Shown here: positions 21,059-30,452 of the stretch, piece after piece | Layout of the letters: each line of letters opens with the position of its first letter | How positions within the stretch are numbered: position 1 is the stretch's first letter | Program-made: the position numbers and the translations under genes | NCBI GenBank assembly: GCA_965372795.1 | Contig: CBDVDR010000006.1 | Location: 64,001-128,000 of the forward strand | Direction: 5' to 3' | DNA length: 64,000 nt | Origin: an uncultured bacterium | GTDB taxonomy: Bacteria > Zixibacteria > MSB-5A5 > GN15 > FEB-12 | Notes under the pieces: generated by a model | What the model saw: only the letters and a program-made list of their open reading frames with translations | The model's database searches: none | What the model was told of the DNA's origin: nothing

Positions 21059-24000
21059 CTACTTCTGTATCGGTTCAGGACCGTTGTTGAACATATAGGC
21101 AACCAAGTATGTCAGGTCAGAAATGTCTGCGTTGCCATTTAAATTAACATCGGCTGTTTCAATCACAAGTGGCACATCGCCTCCGCTGAAGAGGTACGCC
21201 ACGAAGAATGTGACATCTGAGATACTTACAAGCCCGTCAAGATTCAGATCACCGCTGCGATGGGAACGAATCATTACCCATGATGTCAAATCTGCACTGC
21301 CGGCACCACCTCCATAGGTCCAGGCGACAGTGTAATTACAAATGTTCTCATCCCAAAGGAGGAAACCGTTCTCCTCACAGACGATGAAATCGTATATGGG
21401 GAACTCAACATCGAGCACCTGCCCCGTCAAATCGGGATACGTAGCCAGCACTTCTGGCGTTCCCGAAAGGGGAACACTACAACTACTGTTGGTGACAGTG
21501 ATAGTAACACTTGCGGCGTCAATATCGGTTACCGCATGACCCAGATCAGCGGTGTAGGCGTCGCTGATGATAACGTGTCCCATCATGGTCTCCAAGGTGT
21601 ATTTCATAACAACACTAACCGTATCAGGATCAAATAGGAATGTTGGTGCTAGTTCTCCACCTACTTCAATGGTATAATCCTCGACTTCACCCCAGCTTGT
21701 GGTCCCACATGGTCCCGGTAGACTAGAGTAATTGAGACGTACCCTCATGACACAAGAACCAACCACAGCGTCACCAGGTACTGTTACTGTTCCAGAATAA
21801 GGACCAGAGCCACTATAAGTATCGAGCGTTACCGCTTCCGTAACTTCGTCAAAAACGAAATCCTGGTTCCAGTCAATCCACACGGCACCATAATCGGACG
21901 AATAGCCACCGCCTATCTCAATTGTGAGCGGCGCACTGTCACCGATCTCCAACAACGTGGACAGGCTTTTGTAATCGCCGTAGTTATCGCAGCCACTCGA
22001 GTTATCGATCGAACCAATGGCCACACGGCTTATATATTCGTCACAGCCACCGCTGGCAGTACAATGCCCGACGACCGCTTCAGCCACTACATTAATAGTG
22101 TATGGACCTTCCGCATCACTGGCTGGGTCCAGCATAACTGGATAATAGTACGTTCCGGGAGCAAGGCCATCCCAGACGATAGTGACATTGTCATCACCAC
22201 AATCATCGGTGTTGAATGTTCCTGCAGTCGTGAACTCGCCGCACGGACAACCCAGTGCTAGATTCAACCAGGCATTACCAAACGCTGGTGAGGTTCCGCA
22301 GTAGTCCAGAGTGACGTTAGCTGACTGTGTGATTGTAAAGGCTTCCCAAACGTGTCCGCCCTCAAAATCAGGACACTGATTGCTGGCGCAAGTATTGTCA
22401 CCAGTAAAGGTAACAGATGTACCCAAAGTTAACGTAACTGGAGTCACATCTTCGCAGTTGTCATTCGATGGAGGATCACATTCGACACAATCGACTGTGA
22501 TAATACCATCACCGGTGTTACTTCCAAAACCACCGACTTCAATCAAATAAGTATTACCCTCAACCGAAGCGAAGGTAATTTCTGATTGTAAAGTACAGAA
22601 ATCGTCATTGCAGCCAAGCATATCGGCTGTAGACGGATCAACACCATCGTATACTGCCATCTTTGTGTCATAGCTGGAACCGCAGAGGCTAACAGTTGTA
22701 AAACCTGTGCATGTGGCTGTATAGCAGTACCAGATATTCGGCGAGCTCAGACAGCCCTGAGGACCGTCGGGAGTGGAACCGATGGTTGTAAACGGCTGTT
22801 CAGTAACATCTCCGATTTCCTCGCAAAGTTCCCAGTCATCACCCGGCTGCGGTCCGGCCGCCAAAGCGATGGTAAGATCAAAGTCCGGGATGCAGTCCGG
22901 AGAAGCCCAAGTATCAATCATTAGATAATAGACTCCAGCTTCCAGATGAAGACCGTAAAAACCTTTCGGATCGCTGGAGGATCCGGTGATGGTCGCAATG
23001 CATGTCGTCGGATCGGCTGGACACGAGGCATCTAAAAGCATACCACCATATGAGGTACCTTTCGGATCGAAAATTATATCTAAGGTTATAGGTTCTGAAA
23101 CATCAATGGAATAGACAATGTCCTCACCGCTATCATATGAGCTGAGACAAGTGTTATCGTAGTTATTTCCCCTGCCACAGTTTGACTGCGAAAGGTCCGC
23201 GTATGGCAGATCTGCGGGAAATTTGATCACAATCGGGTCAGTACAATCGTCACCAGGAGTTGGTCCTGCCGCCTCTTCAATCGTTAGATTAAACGACGGG
23301 ATACAATCAGGTGACGGCCAGGTATCAACCATAATATAATACGTTCCCGCTGTTAGATACAGACCGGAGATAGAGTGTGGTGAGCTTGAGGAACTGGTGC
23401 TGGTGGCAATACAAGTGGATGGATCAGCCGGACAAGCGGCATCAACCAGAATGCCGGTGTAGGTTGTTCCCTGAGGATCAAGAGTGATATCCACAGTCAT
23501 GTCTGCTGAGACATTGAGCTGATAGACAATGTCCTCGCCACCATCATAGAAGCCCAGACAAGTTTCTTCATAGTAGTTGACCCGTCCGCAAGTGTACTGG
23601 TCGACATCGGTATAAGGCAGTTCGCCCTCAGCTCCGATATTGATCACGATCGGATCATCACACCAATCGCCAACCTCTGGCGGAGGTGGCTCGGTCACAT
23701 TGATTGTAAACTCAAAAGGCTGTGCACCTTTCGCACTACCAGTAGTTACCGGAATGTAATAGGTGGCCGGTCCTGGAAGCATATCCCACCACGTGTGTGG
23801 ATTTTCCTCACCGTCGCCACAGTCCCACCATTCATAATCCGTACTCATAATATACTCGTCACACGCGACCGGGTCGGCGTAGAGAACTATGGCAGCTTCT
23901 TCCAAACCAGGAACTGTACCGCAATAGTTAATATCAATGTTGTTGAGTGCATATGGGGCATCGAAGACGTACCAGACGCCATCCCAATCAAGTACGCCTG

Positions 24001-25087
24001 GACAATCAACCGTTGCACCCTCAGTGGTTCCCTGTATTACGACTGGGAACGGACCGGTTATTGGTGTTGCATATTCCCAGGTATCGTTTTCCGGAGCAAG
24101 TGGACAGGGATCATCAATGCAGTTCAGTCCTTCGACCCAATAACCGCCCAGAGCAGCGGCATCGGCTTCGGTGATGCCATCCTCGCAACTTGGGTTGGCT
24201 GGATCACCATAGCAGGCACGGCCCACAGGCAGGATATTATCATCGATCGAGAAAACATCGACACTAAACTGGGCACCGTCGTATCCATAGTATCTGATCC
24301 CGAACTTGACGTCGTTATAAGACAAGTACGAAGTCAGCGGAATCGTTACCTCAGACCATATGAAACTTTCGAAAATTCCGGCATCAGCTTCGCTCCAGAG
24401 GAGAACGTCGAAGTTGGCACCGCCATCGATTGATATCCATATTTCCATATCGTAGTTGTCATACGGGTCAATACTCCAGTAGTAACTACCCATCCAGGCA
24501 AAATTTAGTGTCCAAGCAGTACCGCCGGTGGTTAGATCGACTGAGGGACTGATTAGCCACTCATCCTGAGTGTCTGTTAAATTTTCATCATAGAAACAAG
24601 TAGCATTGTAACTTCCCTCAAAGGGATTACCATCGTCTATCTCAAAGGTGTAACTGTTGTTGACGACTACTGTCCAATCTGTGGGTGGAATCATACCACC
24701 CTCAAATCCTTCAAAGAGCAAATCAGCCCTCTGTGGATTGGGCACATAGTCACTCGATCCCTGATAAGGATTGGTTTTGAGAGATGGACTATAATGCTTG
24801 GCGATTGGTTGCTGTCCCTGAGCCATTTTCTGTGCGATCTCATCATCACTCGGGATAACGCCATTGGAATAATGTCCCGAACTTCCTGGCTCCTCAAGTG
24901 GCACGAAACCTTCGGTGTGTTCCGGCTGGGAACTGCTTTTTAGCTTCCAATTGGGATCGGGTAGAGGATACTCATTGACTGACATGGGTCCCGGAATCGG
25001 TTTCTCATCAACTGCAATAGAGAAACCTACAGCCATTACCAAAGCAATGAACACGACAGAACTAGAGAATAATAACTTTTTTTTCAT
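21059..25087 (-). CDS. Large secreted Cys-rich multidomain protein (cleaved-adhesin-like domain, repeated beta modules, GEVED domain, dockerin-like tail)
   Basis: Signal peptide; FEGFEGG...QDEWLISP module; internal ~140-aa repeats; GEVEDY; GDLNLDGLVSISDVT. No catalytic motif seen. Confidence 0.8.
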   Translation of the reverse strand: MKKKLLFSSSVVFIALVMAVGFSIAVDEKPIPGPMSVNEYPLPDPNWKLKSSSQPEHTEGFVPLEEPGSSGHYSNGVIPSDDEIAQKMAQGQQPIAKHYSPSLKTNPYQGSSDYVPNPQRADLLFEGFEGGMIPPTDWTVVVNNSYTFEIDDGNPFEGSYNATCFYDENLTDTQDEWLISPSVDLTTGGTAWTLNFAWMGSYYWSIDPYDNYDMEIWISIDGGANFDVLLWSEADAGIFESFIWSEVTIPLTSYLSYNDVKFGIRYYGYDGAQFSVDVFSIDDNILPVGRACYGDPANPSCEDGITEADAAALGGYWVEGLNCIDDPCPLAPENDTWEYATPITGPFPVVIQGTTEGATVDCPGVLDWDGVWYVFDAPYALNNIDINYCGTVPGLEEAAIVLYADPVACDEYIMSTDYEWWDCGDGEENPHTWWDMLPGPATYYIPVTTGSAKGAQPFEFTINVTEPPPPEVGDWCDDPIVINIGAEGELPYTDVDQYTCGRVNYYEETCLGFYDGGEDIVYQLNVSADMTVDITLDPQGTTYTGILVDAACPADPSTCIATSTSSSSSPHSISGLYLTAGTYYIMVDTWPSPDCIPSFNLTIEEAAGPTPGDDCTDPIVIKFPADLPYADLSQSNCGRGNNYDNTCLSSYDSGEDIVYSIDVSEPITLDIIFDPKGTSYGGMLLDASCPADPTTCIATITGSSSDPKGFYGLHLEAGVYYLMIDTWASPDCIPDFDLTIALAAGPQPGDDWELCEEIGDVTEQPFTTIGSTPDGPQGCLSSPNIWYCYTATCTGFTTVSLCGSSYDTKMAVYDGVDPSTADMLGCNDDFCTLQSEITFASVEGNTYLIEVGGFGSNTGDGIITVDCVECDPPSNDNCEDVTPVTLTLGTSVTFTGDNTCASNQCPDFEGGHVWEAFTITQSANVTLDYCGTSPAFGNAWLNLALGCPCGEFTTAGTFNTDDCGDDNVTIVWDGLAPGTYYYPVMLDPASDAEGPYTINVVAEAVVGHCTASGGCDEYISRVAIGSIDNSSGCDNYGDYKSLSTLLEIGDSAPLTIEIGGGYSSDYGAVWIDWNQDFVFDEVTEAVTLDTYSGSGPYSGTVTVPGDAVVGSCVMRVRLNYSSLPGPCGTTSWGEVEDYTIEVGGELAPTFLFDPDTVSVVMKYTLETMMGHVIISDAYTADLGHAVTDIDAASVTITVTNSSCSVPLSGTPEVLATYPDLTGQVLDVEFPIYDFIVCEENGFLLWDENICNYTVAWTYGGGAGSADLTSWVMIRSHRSGDLNLDGLVSISDVTFFVAYLFSGGDVPLVIETADVNLNGNADISDLTYLVAYMFNNGPEPIQK

Positions 25088-25665
25088 AGGATTACCTCAT
25101 CCTTAAATAGTATTACCGTTTCTTATAAATACGCTGTTCTTCAAAGATGCACAAAAATCCAAATCCACGTCCACGGTATTTATCATTGAACCCCCTTCCT
25201 CGCAAAGTTGTATGATGATTTGATACTGGTTTTATAGAATACTATGTACAAGGATACTTAAAACCCTTCTATCGTCATGGTGCAGCTTGATTTACAATGT
25301 TTATTGAAGATGAGATATTCCGCGGCACTCAGCTGATTAACACGTCTATCGATGAAGTAATCTAGTTCACATTAATAAACAACTGATAAATCCCGCTTTA
25401 CTTCCACCTTACTGACAACAAACAATGCCAGTTTGTTTAGATGCACTAACGGTTGTTTTTAACACTTGTGATGGCAGCATTTATTGAAATTGAGGTCTCA
25501 CAGATAGTAATTCAACTGGTCGGAAGCGCATAACAATCATACTTAATTAAATATGAAGACGCGACTCACGGTCCGATCGTCATTAAGCTGCTGTCATTTC
25601 TTATACCAACTTTATAACTACATTATATCTATATTGCATCTTGTATCCACGTATCCTGTATCTAT

Positions 25666-25694
25666 ACAATACTACATGCGATCCCATATGTCAA
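25666..25694 (-). promoter_or_regulatory. Sigma70-like promoter facing the island cargo genes
   Basis: Minus strand TTGACA-N17-TATTGT. Confidence 0.5.
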
Positions 25695-25969
25695 ACGGAA
25701 AAATGCATAAATAGTAGAATGTGACGAGGATTTTGAGAGTGAACTTCCCCCCTTTCGGTTCTGTTTGAGAGTCAGTTTGTTGGTTCAAAAAGAAAGTAGT
25801 GATGAGTCGAAAATAGTGGTTTGAGAATAAACGAAGCGATACACTAAGCTTCAGGCATTCGCATCAAGATTATTTACAGTTGTGATGTTAGTCACTGTAA
25901 CAGTCGTATCTGTTGTCAAAAGTCAGGAAACATTTGATCTAATAGAGCGAAAAGAAGTAACACCGGAAT

Positions 25970-26691
25970 TTGCCGCGACTCTCGGAAGTTAAGAAGATAG
26001 ATGCACTTGTGGAAAACGACCCAGCGACTGCTAAGCAGTACTTAAGCGAAGGCGCTGATCCAAACGCGCAATTGGAGAATGGTGATTCTGTGTTGATGGC
26101 AGCGTGTTTACATAGGGGGCAGTTTGATATTGTCAACTCCCTAGTTGCCCATGGTGCAAGCGTTGATCAAATTGCAGATGATGGATTAACTGCCCTGTAT
26201 GTCCCTGCTGATTCGGAAAATTAGGACATCGTAAGGTTGTTATTGGCAAAAGGGGCGGACGTTAATGCCAGCGACGGTGGTAGCTACGGGACGGCGTTAA
26301 CAGCAGCGTCAATAGAGGGCATCGGCCCGTGTTTCTCGAGTTACTATCAAATGGGGCAGATGTCAACGCACGAAGTGTACATGGTTCAGTATTGGGTTTT
26401 GCAGTTGGTTCAAGTGATCGTAAATCTGTAAAGGAGCTTATAGATGCCGGTGCAGATCCAAGGATTGAGACCGTATCATCTGGAATGAGTCGTCGTCCTG
26501 TTTTGCAATTGAAGGCAGCATTGTATCTCCGAAAGGAAGCGGAGAAAGTCTCTGCAGAGAAGATCGCCAGCATTCCAGAGCTAAAACAAGTCCCAGAGTC
26601 TCCTGTAACCATTGAAGAGCTACAGAAGCTGATTGACCTCCTAAATGAGACCAGTGAACGTTTAGATTCACTTGATTCAAGTAAGAACTGA
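25970..26691 (+). pseudogene. Degraded ankyrin-repeat gene
   Basis: GADPN, GASVD, GADVN and GADPR repeat ends, split by an in-frame TAG (26222-26224) and a frameshift near 26320. Confidence 0.8.
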
Positions 26692-27120
26692 CCCAAGCAC
26701 GCTCACGATATTTAGGGATTTCGGAGTCTTAGTGATGACGTTGACTGATAGATCTATTGGTCAAGGTCATCCTATAAAAAGCATCCTCGAGTCTTGGAAT
26801 ATTGAACTTTCGCAAGTAGGGAAAAGTAATTAGTAAAGTGAGTTTGGTCCTGCGAAACCAAATTTTTTAATTTTGTTATCAGGAGTTATGTAATCAAATC
26901 ACTTTTTTTATAAGAAAATAAAATTAGATAGTATCTCTCCCTCAAGCTACAATACTGGGTGGGGTTGTTTCGACGGCGGTCATAGAGGGATGGGGGGGCA
27001 CTCCAATAGGTGCATCTTTTTACTTTACAAAGTCGATTTGAACTGTTATAAAAGACTCATAAAGGGCACCTGACTGCCCCAATAAATAGCGTGACTGACG
27101 AATGTAAGTCATTGTCTTTC

Positions 27121-27193
<73 letters not shown>

Positions 27194-27249
27194 TATTAGA
27201 AACTAAAGGGTTACTTTATCAAATCATTTAATTCACTATATCGAAATTA

Positions 27250-27588
27250 TCATTTCCAGCAGGTTACGGTCAGAAAGTATGAACCTGTAACCAATGAGTC
27301 TGATATTAAACAAGTGAAGGTTGTGTCGGATGCTATCCACGAAGTTGCCAACTGGTAACCACGTGCAAAACAATAGAGGTTAGCATTAGTTTGATTGGCT
27401 TTAAATAAATTTTCACAATTAATTTGTTCGGCTGGATTATTAACGGTGTAAGTTGTATTGGCACCAATCGCTGTTGACTTATCCTCTTCAATCTTTAAGG
27501 GATTTAAGCTGAAATCTTCAAACAGACAACCAGAGAATTGAAAAGAAATAATAAATATCAAGAAAATTATAAAAATTATCTTTTTCAC
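27250..27588 (-). CDS. Small putative lipoprotein, Cys-containing
   Basis: GTG start after AGGTGG; MKK, hydrophobic stretch, then lipobox-like FSGC. Confidence 0.65.
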   Translation of the reverse strand: MKKIIFIIFLIFIISFQFSGCLFEDFSLNPLKIEEDKSTAIGANTTYTVNNPAEQINCENLFKANQTNANLYCFARGYQLATSWIASDTTFTCLISDSLVTGSYFLTVTCWK

Positions 27589-27668
27589 ATCTAACCACCT
27601 AAATTTATACTTTACATATAAATTATCGGTGATTCGATGTGATGATTAGAAATCCATAATTTTTTTGC

Positions 27669-30338
27669 CTAATTTTGACATGGCACCAAACATTCTGGTC
27701 TATTCCCGAACAGATAATCGACAAAACAAGTCAGATCACTTACTGTTATTTCACCGTCACCATTAAGATCACCCTCCGCAAAACAACCGGGACCATCTCC
27801 ACCATTGAACATATAATCAACCAAACCGGTTAAATCTGAAATATCAAGACTTCCTGATCCATCAAAATCCCCTCTTAATTGACAACAATCAGGACAACAA
27901 CAAGCATCACCAACATTGTCACCATCAGAATCAATTTGATCAGGGTTATATATGTCTATACAATTATCACAACTATCTCCAACGCCATCAAAATCAACAT
28001 CTAGTTGTAAAGGGTTAATAATTTCAAGGCAGTTATCACAGGCATCGCCAATGCCATCTGTATCAGTGTCAGTCTGTTCCACATTCGGAACTGCAATGCA
28101 ATTGTCACAGGGATTTCCGATGCCATCACTATCAGTATCTTCCTGATTTGGATTTGGTATATCTGAGCAGTTATCTCGTTCACAAAATATAGTAGGGAAA
28201 TTAGGATCAGCGTAGCCATCATCATCACTATCAGTACACTGATCACAAACATCTCCCTCGCCATCCCCATCAGTATCTATCTGATCAGGATTAGCAAGAT
28301 ATTGGCAATTATCATCAGGACAGACATTATTTGGAAATGAAGGATTGCCGTAACCGTCTCCATCAGAGTCAGTGCAATAATCACATTCGTCGCCTACACC
28401 ATCATTGTCATAATCAAGTTGACTGTAGTTCGGTGTATTTATACAGTTATCGCATACATCTCCGGTACCATCACCGTCTGAATCTTCCTGATTTGGGTTT
28501 GCAATTTCGGGACAATTATCTACATTGGCACACAATCCGTCACCATCGCCATCATCCAATGAATCTTCGGGACATTGATCACATAAATCGCCAACTCCAT
28601 CCCCATCAATGTCTTCCTGTAATGGATTTGTAATTATTGGGCAATTATCATTTTCATCACATATTTGATCATTGTCATCATCAGGACATAACTGACAGCC
28701 GGCTCCTAAAGCTCCGATTAAAATTCCACATTCATTCTGCACTGATGACGAAAGACAAGGCGAATATTCGTCTATTCTCAGATCTAAACTTGCAGTATCG
28801 CAAAAGAAAGGATTTAAGGACATATTACCGTATTGTGCAGCTAAGTTGGGATTTGTCCAGTCTCCGCCAATGTTGCCATAAATATTAGTGCATTGGATTA
28901 ACGGATTCATAGTGCTAGATATCCATACCGATCCAGGACCGTTACCATACGCTATCAAATTGTTAAAAAAGTTAACATAACTCTTTTCGTTGCATGATCG
29001 ACAACCGGAGTCATCAAAATGGATTGAACTCCCATATTCAGCCGAGTTTCCAAACATAGTGCAATTTACAACCGAAGGATTTCCCCCATATAAAACTCCA
29101 ACAGCTCCACCATAGTAGGAACTGTTTTTGATAAAGATACAAAACGAAAATGCCGGTGAGGAACCATACAACCCACAAACAGCCCCACCATTGTAAGATG
29201 AATAGTTGTTTATAAAAGTACAGTTTTGAAAAACAGGCGCACTTGTTTGACAGGAAACAGCTCCTCCATATGAACCAAAATTATTTTGAAAAACAGAGGT
29301 CTTAAATAAAGGCGAAGAATCCCAGATATCAAAAGCACCCCCATAATAGGAGCTTGTACTATCACCGCCATTTTGGAAAGTAAACCCTTCAATTACACAA
29401 CTGGTATCAACCTCACCTTTAATTCTCATAAAACGATGCGGTTCAGAAGCTGAACTTTGCAAATCAAATATTGTAAGCTCGGCGCCGGTAACTGATTTAA
29501 GTACAAATGGCGCACCCATTTCAAGATCACGATTATTATCTCCGGTGTAGGTCCCTGCTTCAACCATAATTGTGTCAAGAAATATGACGGCTTCAAATGC
29601 AGATTGTAAATCAGGATAATCATTCGGAACATTGAATGAAACAGGAGTATAATTGACCGGACAACGACCGGCTTCTATTGTTAAAACGACATCAACATTA
29701 GAACTATACAGATCGCTGATTGTGTACCAGTTAGAATTATAGAAAGCGACTGTTCTCTGTTCCCCTTGATACGGTCCTTCTCCGCCATCAGAGACGCAAA
29801 ATAGGGTGTCACCCTCTCCTCCGACACTGTTCCATCCGATATAAAAATCCTCACCCTGCCCAAATACACGGCTGTTATTTAGAAAATCTACTTCAACCCA
29901 ATCCAAATCTCCGATGGGAAGTTCACTATAAGGAACATACGCAGAATCAATTTTGCTACCCGGAAGACCGGAACCATTATTATCCCATAAATAGATTTGC
30001 ATATCAGGAGTGCCTGTCATAAATGGTCGATAGAGCAATATTTTAGTTGTACGAACAACATAAATATATTCATCAATTACCGTAAAACGAACAGCAAGAT
30101 CAGTTATATTATCAAAATTTGGAATATTCCAGGAATACACAACCGGTGCATTAATATCATAAAAATATTTTGTTTCACAATAATCAGAAAACGCAGTAAT
30201 TTTCTTTCCTGATGATTCAAATTGATAAGCAATTTCAGGATCAATTTCTCTTAAATTTAATTCAGATGCTGGTAAATTGATGTTTATGAAAAGAAAAAGT
30301 ACAAGTGATAATAGTAGGCAAGCTTTGATGAATTTCAT
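27669..30338 (-). CDS. Secreted beta-helix (GGA-repeat) protein with TSP3-like Ca-binding repeats and dockerin-like tail
   Basis: Signal peptide; YGGA/FxNN repeats; many DxDGDGxGDxCD(N)C repeats; [15 protein letters not shown]. Confidence 0.85.
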   Translation of the reverse strand: MKFIKACLLLSLVLFLFININLPASELNLREIDPEIAYQFESSGKKITAFSDYCETKYFYDINAPVVYSWNIPNFDNITDLAVRFTVIDEYIYVVRTTKILLYRPFMTGTPDMQIYLWDNNGSGLPGSKIDSAYVPYSELPIGDLDWVEVDFLNNSRVFGQGEDFYIGWNSVGGEGDTLFCVSDGGEGPYQGEQRTVAFYNSNWYTISDLYSSNVDVVLTIEAGRCPVNYTPVSFNVPNDYPDLQSAFEAVIFLDTIMVEAGTYTGDNNRDLEMGAPFVLKSVTGAELTIFDLQSSASEPHRFMRIKGEVDTSCVIEGFTFQNGGDSTSSYYGGAFDIWDSSPLFKTSVFQNNFGSYGGAVSCQTSAPVFQNCTFINNYSSYNGGAVCGLYGSSPAFSFCIFIKNSSYYGGAVGVLYGGNPSVVNCTMFGNSAEYGSSIHFDDSGCRSCNEKSYVNFFNNLIAYGNGPGSVWISSTMNPLIQCTNIYGNIGGDWTNPNLAAQYGNMSLNPFFCDTASLDLRIDEYSPCLSSSVQNECGILIGALGAGCQLCPDDDNDQICDENDNCPIITNPLQEDIDGDGVGDLCDQCPEDSLDDGDGDGLCANVDNCPEIANPNQEDSDGDGTGDVCDNCINTPNYSQLDYDNDGVGDECDYCTDSDGDGYGNPSFPNNVCPDDNCQYLANPDQIDTDGDGEGDVCDQCTDSDDDGYADPNFPTIFCERDNCSDIPNPNQEDTDSDGIGNPCDNCIAVPNVEQTDTDTDGIGDACDNCLEIINPLQLDVDFDGVGDSCDNCIDIYNPDQIDSDGDNVGDACCCPDCCQLRGDFDGSGSLDISDLTGLVDYMFNGGDGPGCFAEGDLNGDGEITVSDLTCFVDYLFGNRPECLVPCQN
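27900..28690 (-). repeat. Thrombospondin type-3-like repeat array (coding)
   Basis: Tandem NPxQxDxDGDGxGDxCDNC units; boundaries approximate. Confidence 0.8.
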
Positions 30339-30389
30339 GCTTTCTCCCCTGATACAAATGTCTTTTTAAAATAAAATTGTTATAAATAA

Positions 30390-30413
30390 AGCCGGGTAAT
30401 ATCATACCCGACT
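30390..30413 (-). terminator. Terminator after the resident M14 gene
   Basis: Minus strand AGTCGGGTA-loop-TACCCGGCT followed by TTATTT. Confidence 0.6.
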
Positions 30414-30452
30414 ATATTATAACATATTTAATTTAATATGTCCAGCTTAATC

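Noticed and set aside
26222..26224. In-frame TAG in the ankyrin gene as pyrrolysine or readthrough
   Set aside because: The same gene also has a frameshift, so ordinary decay explains it better.
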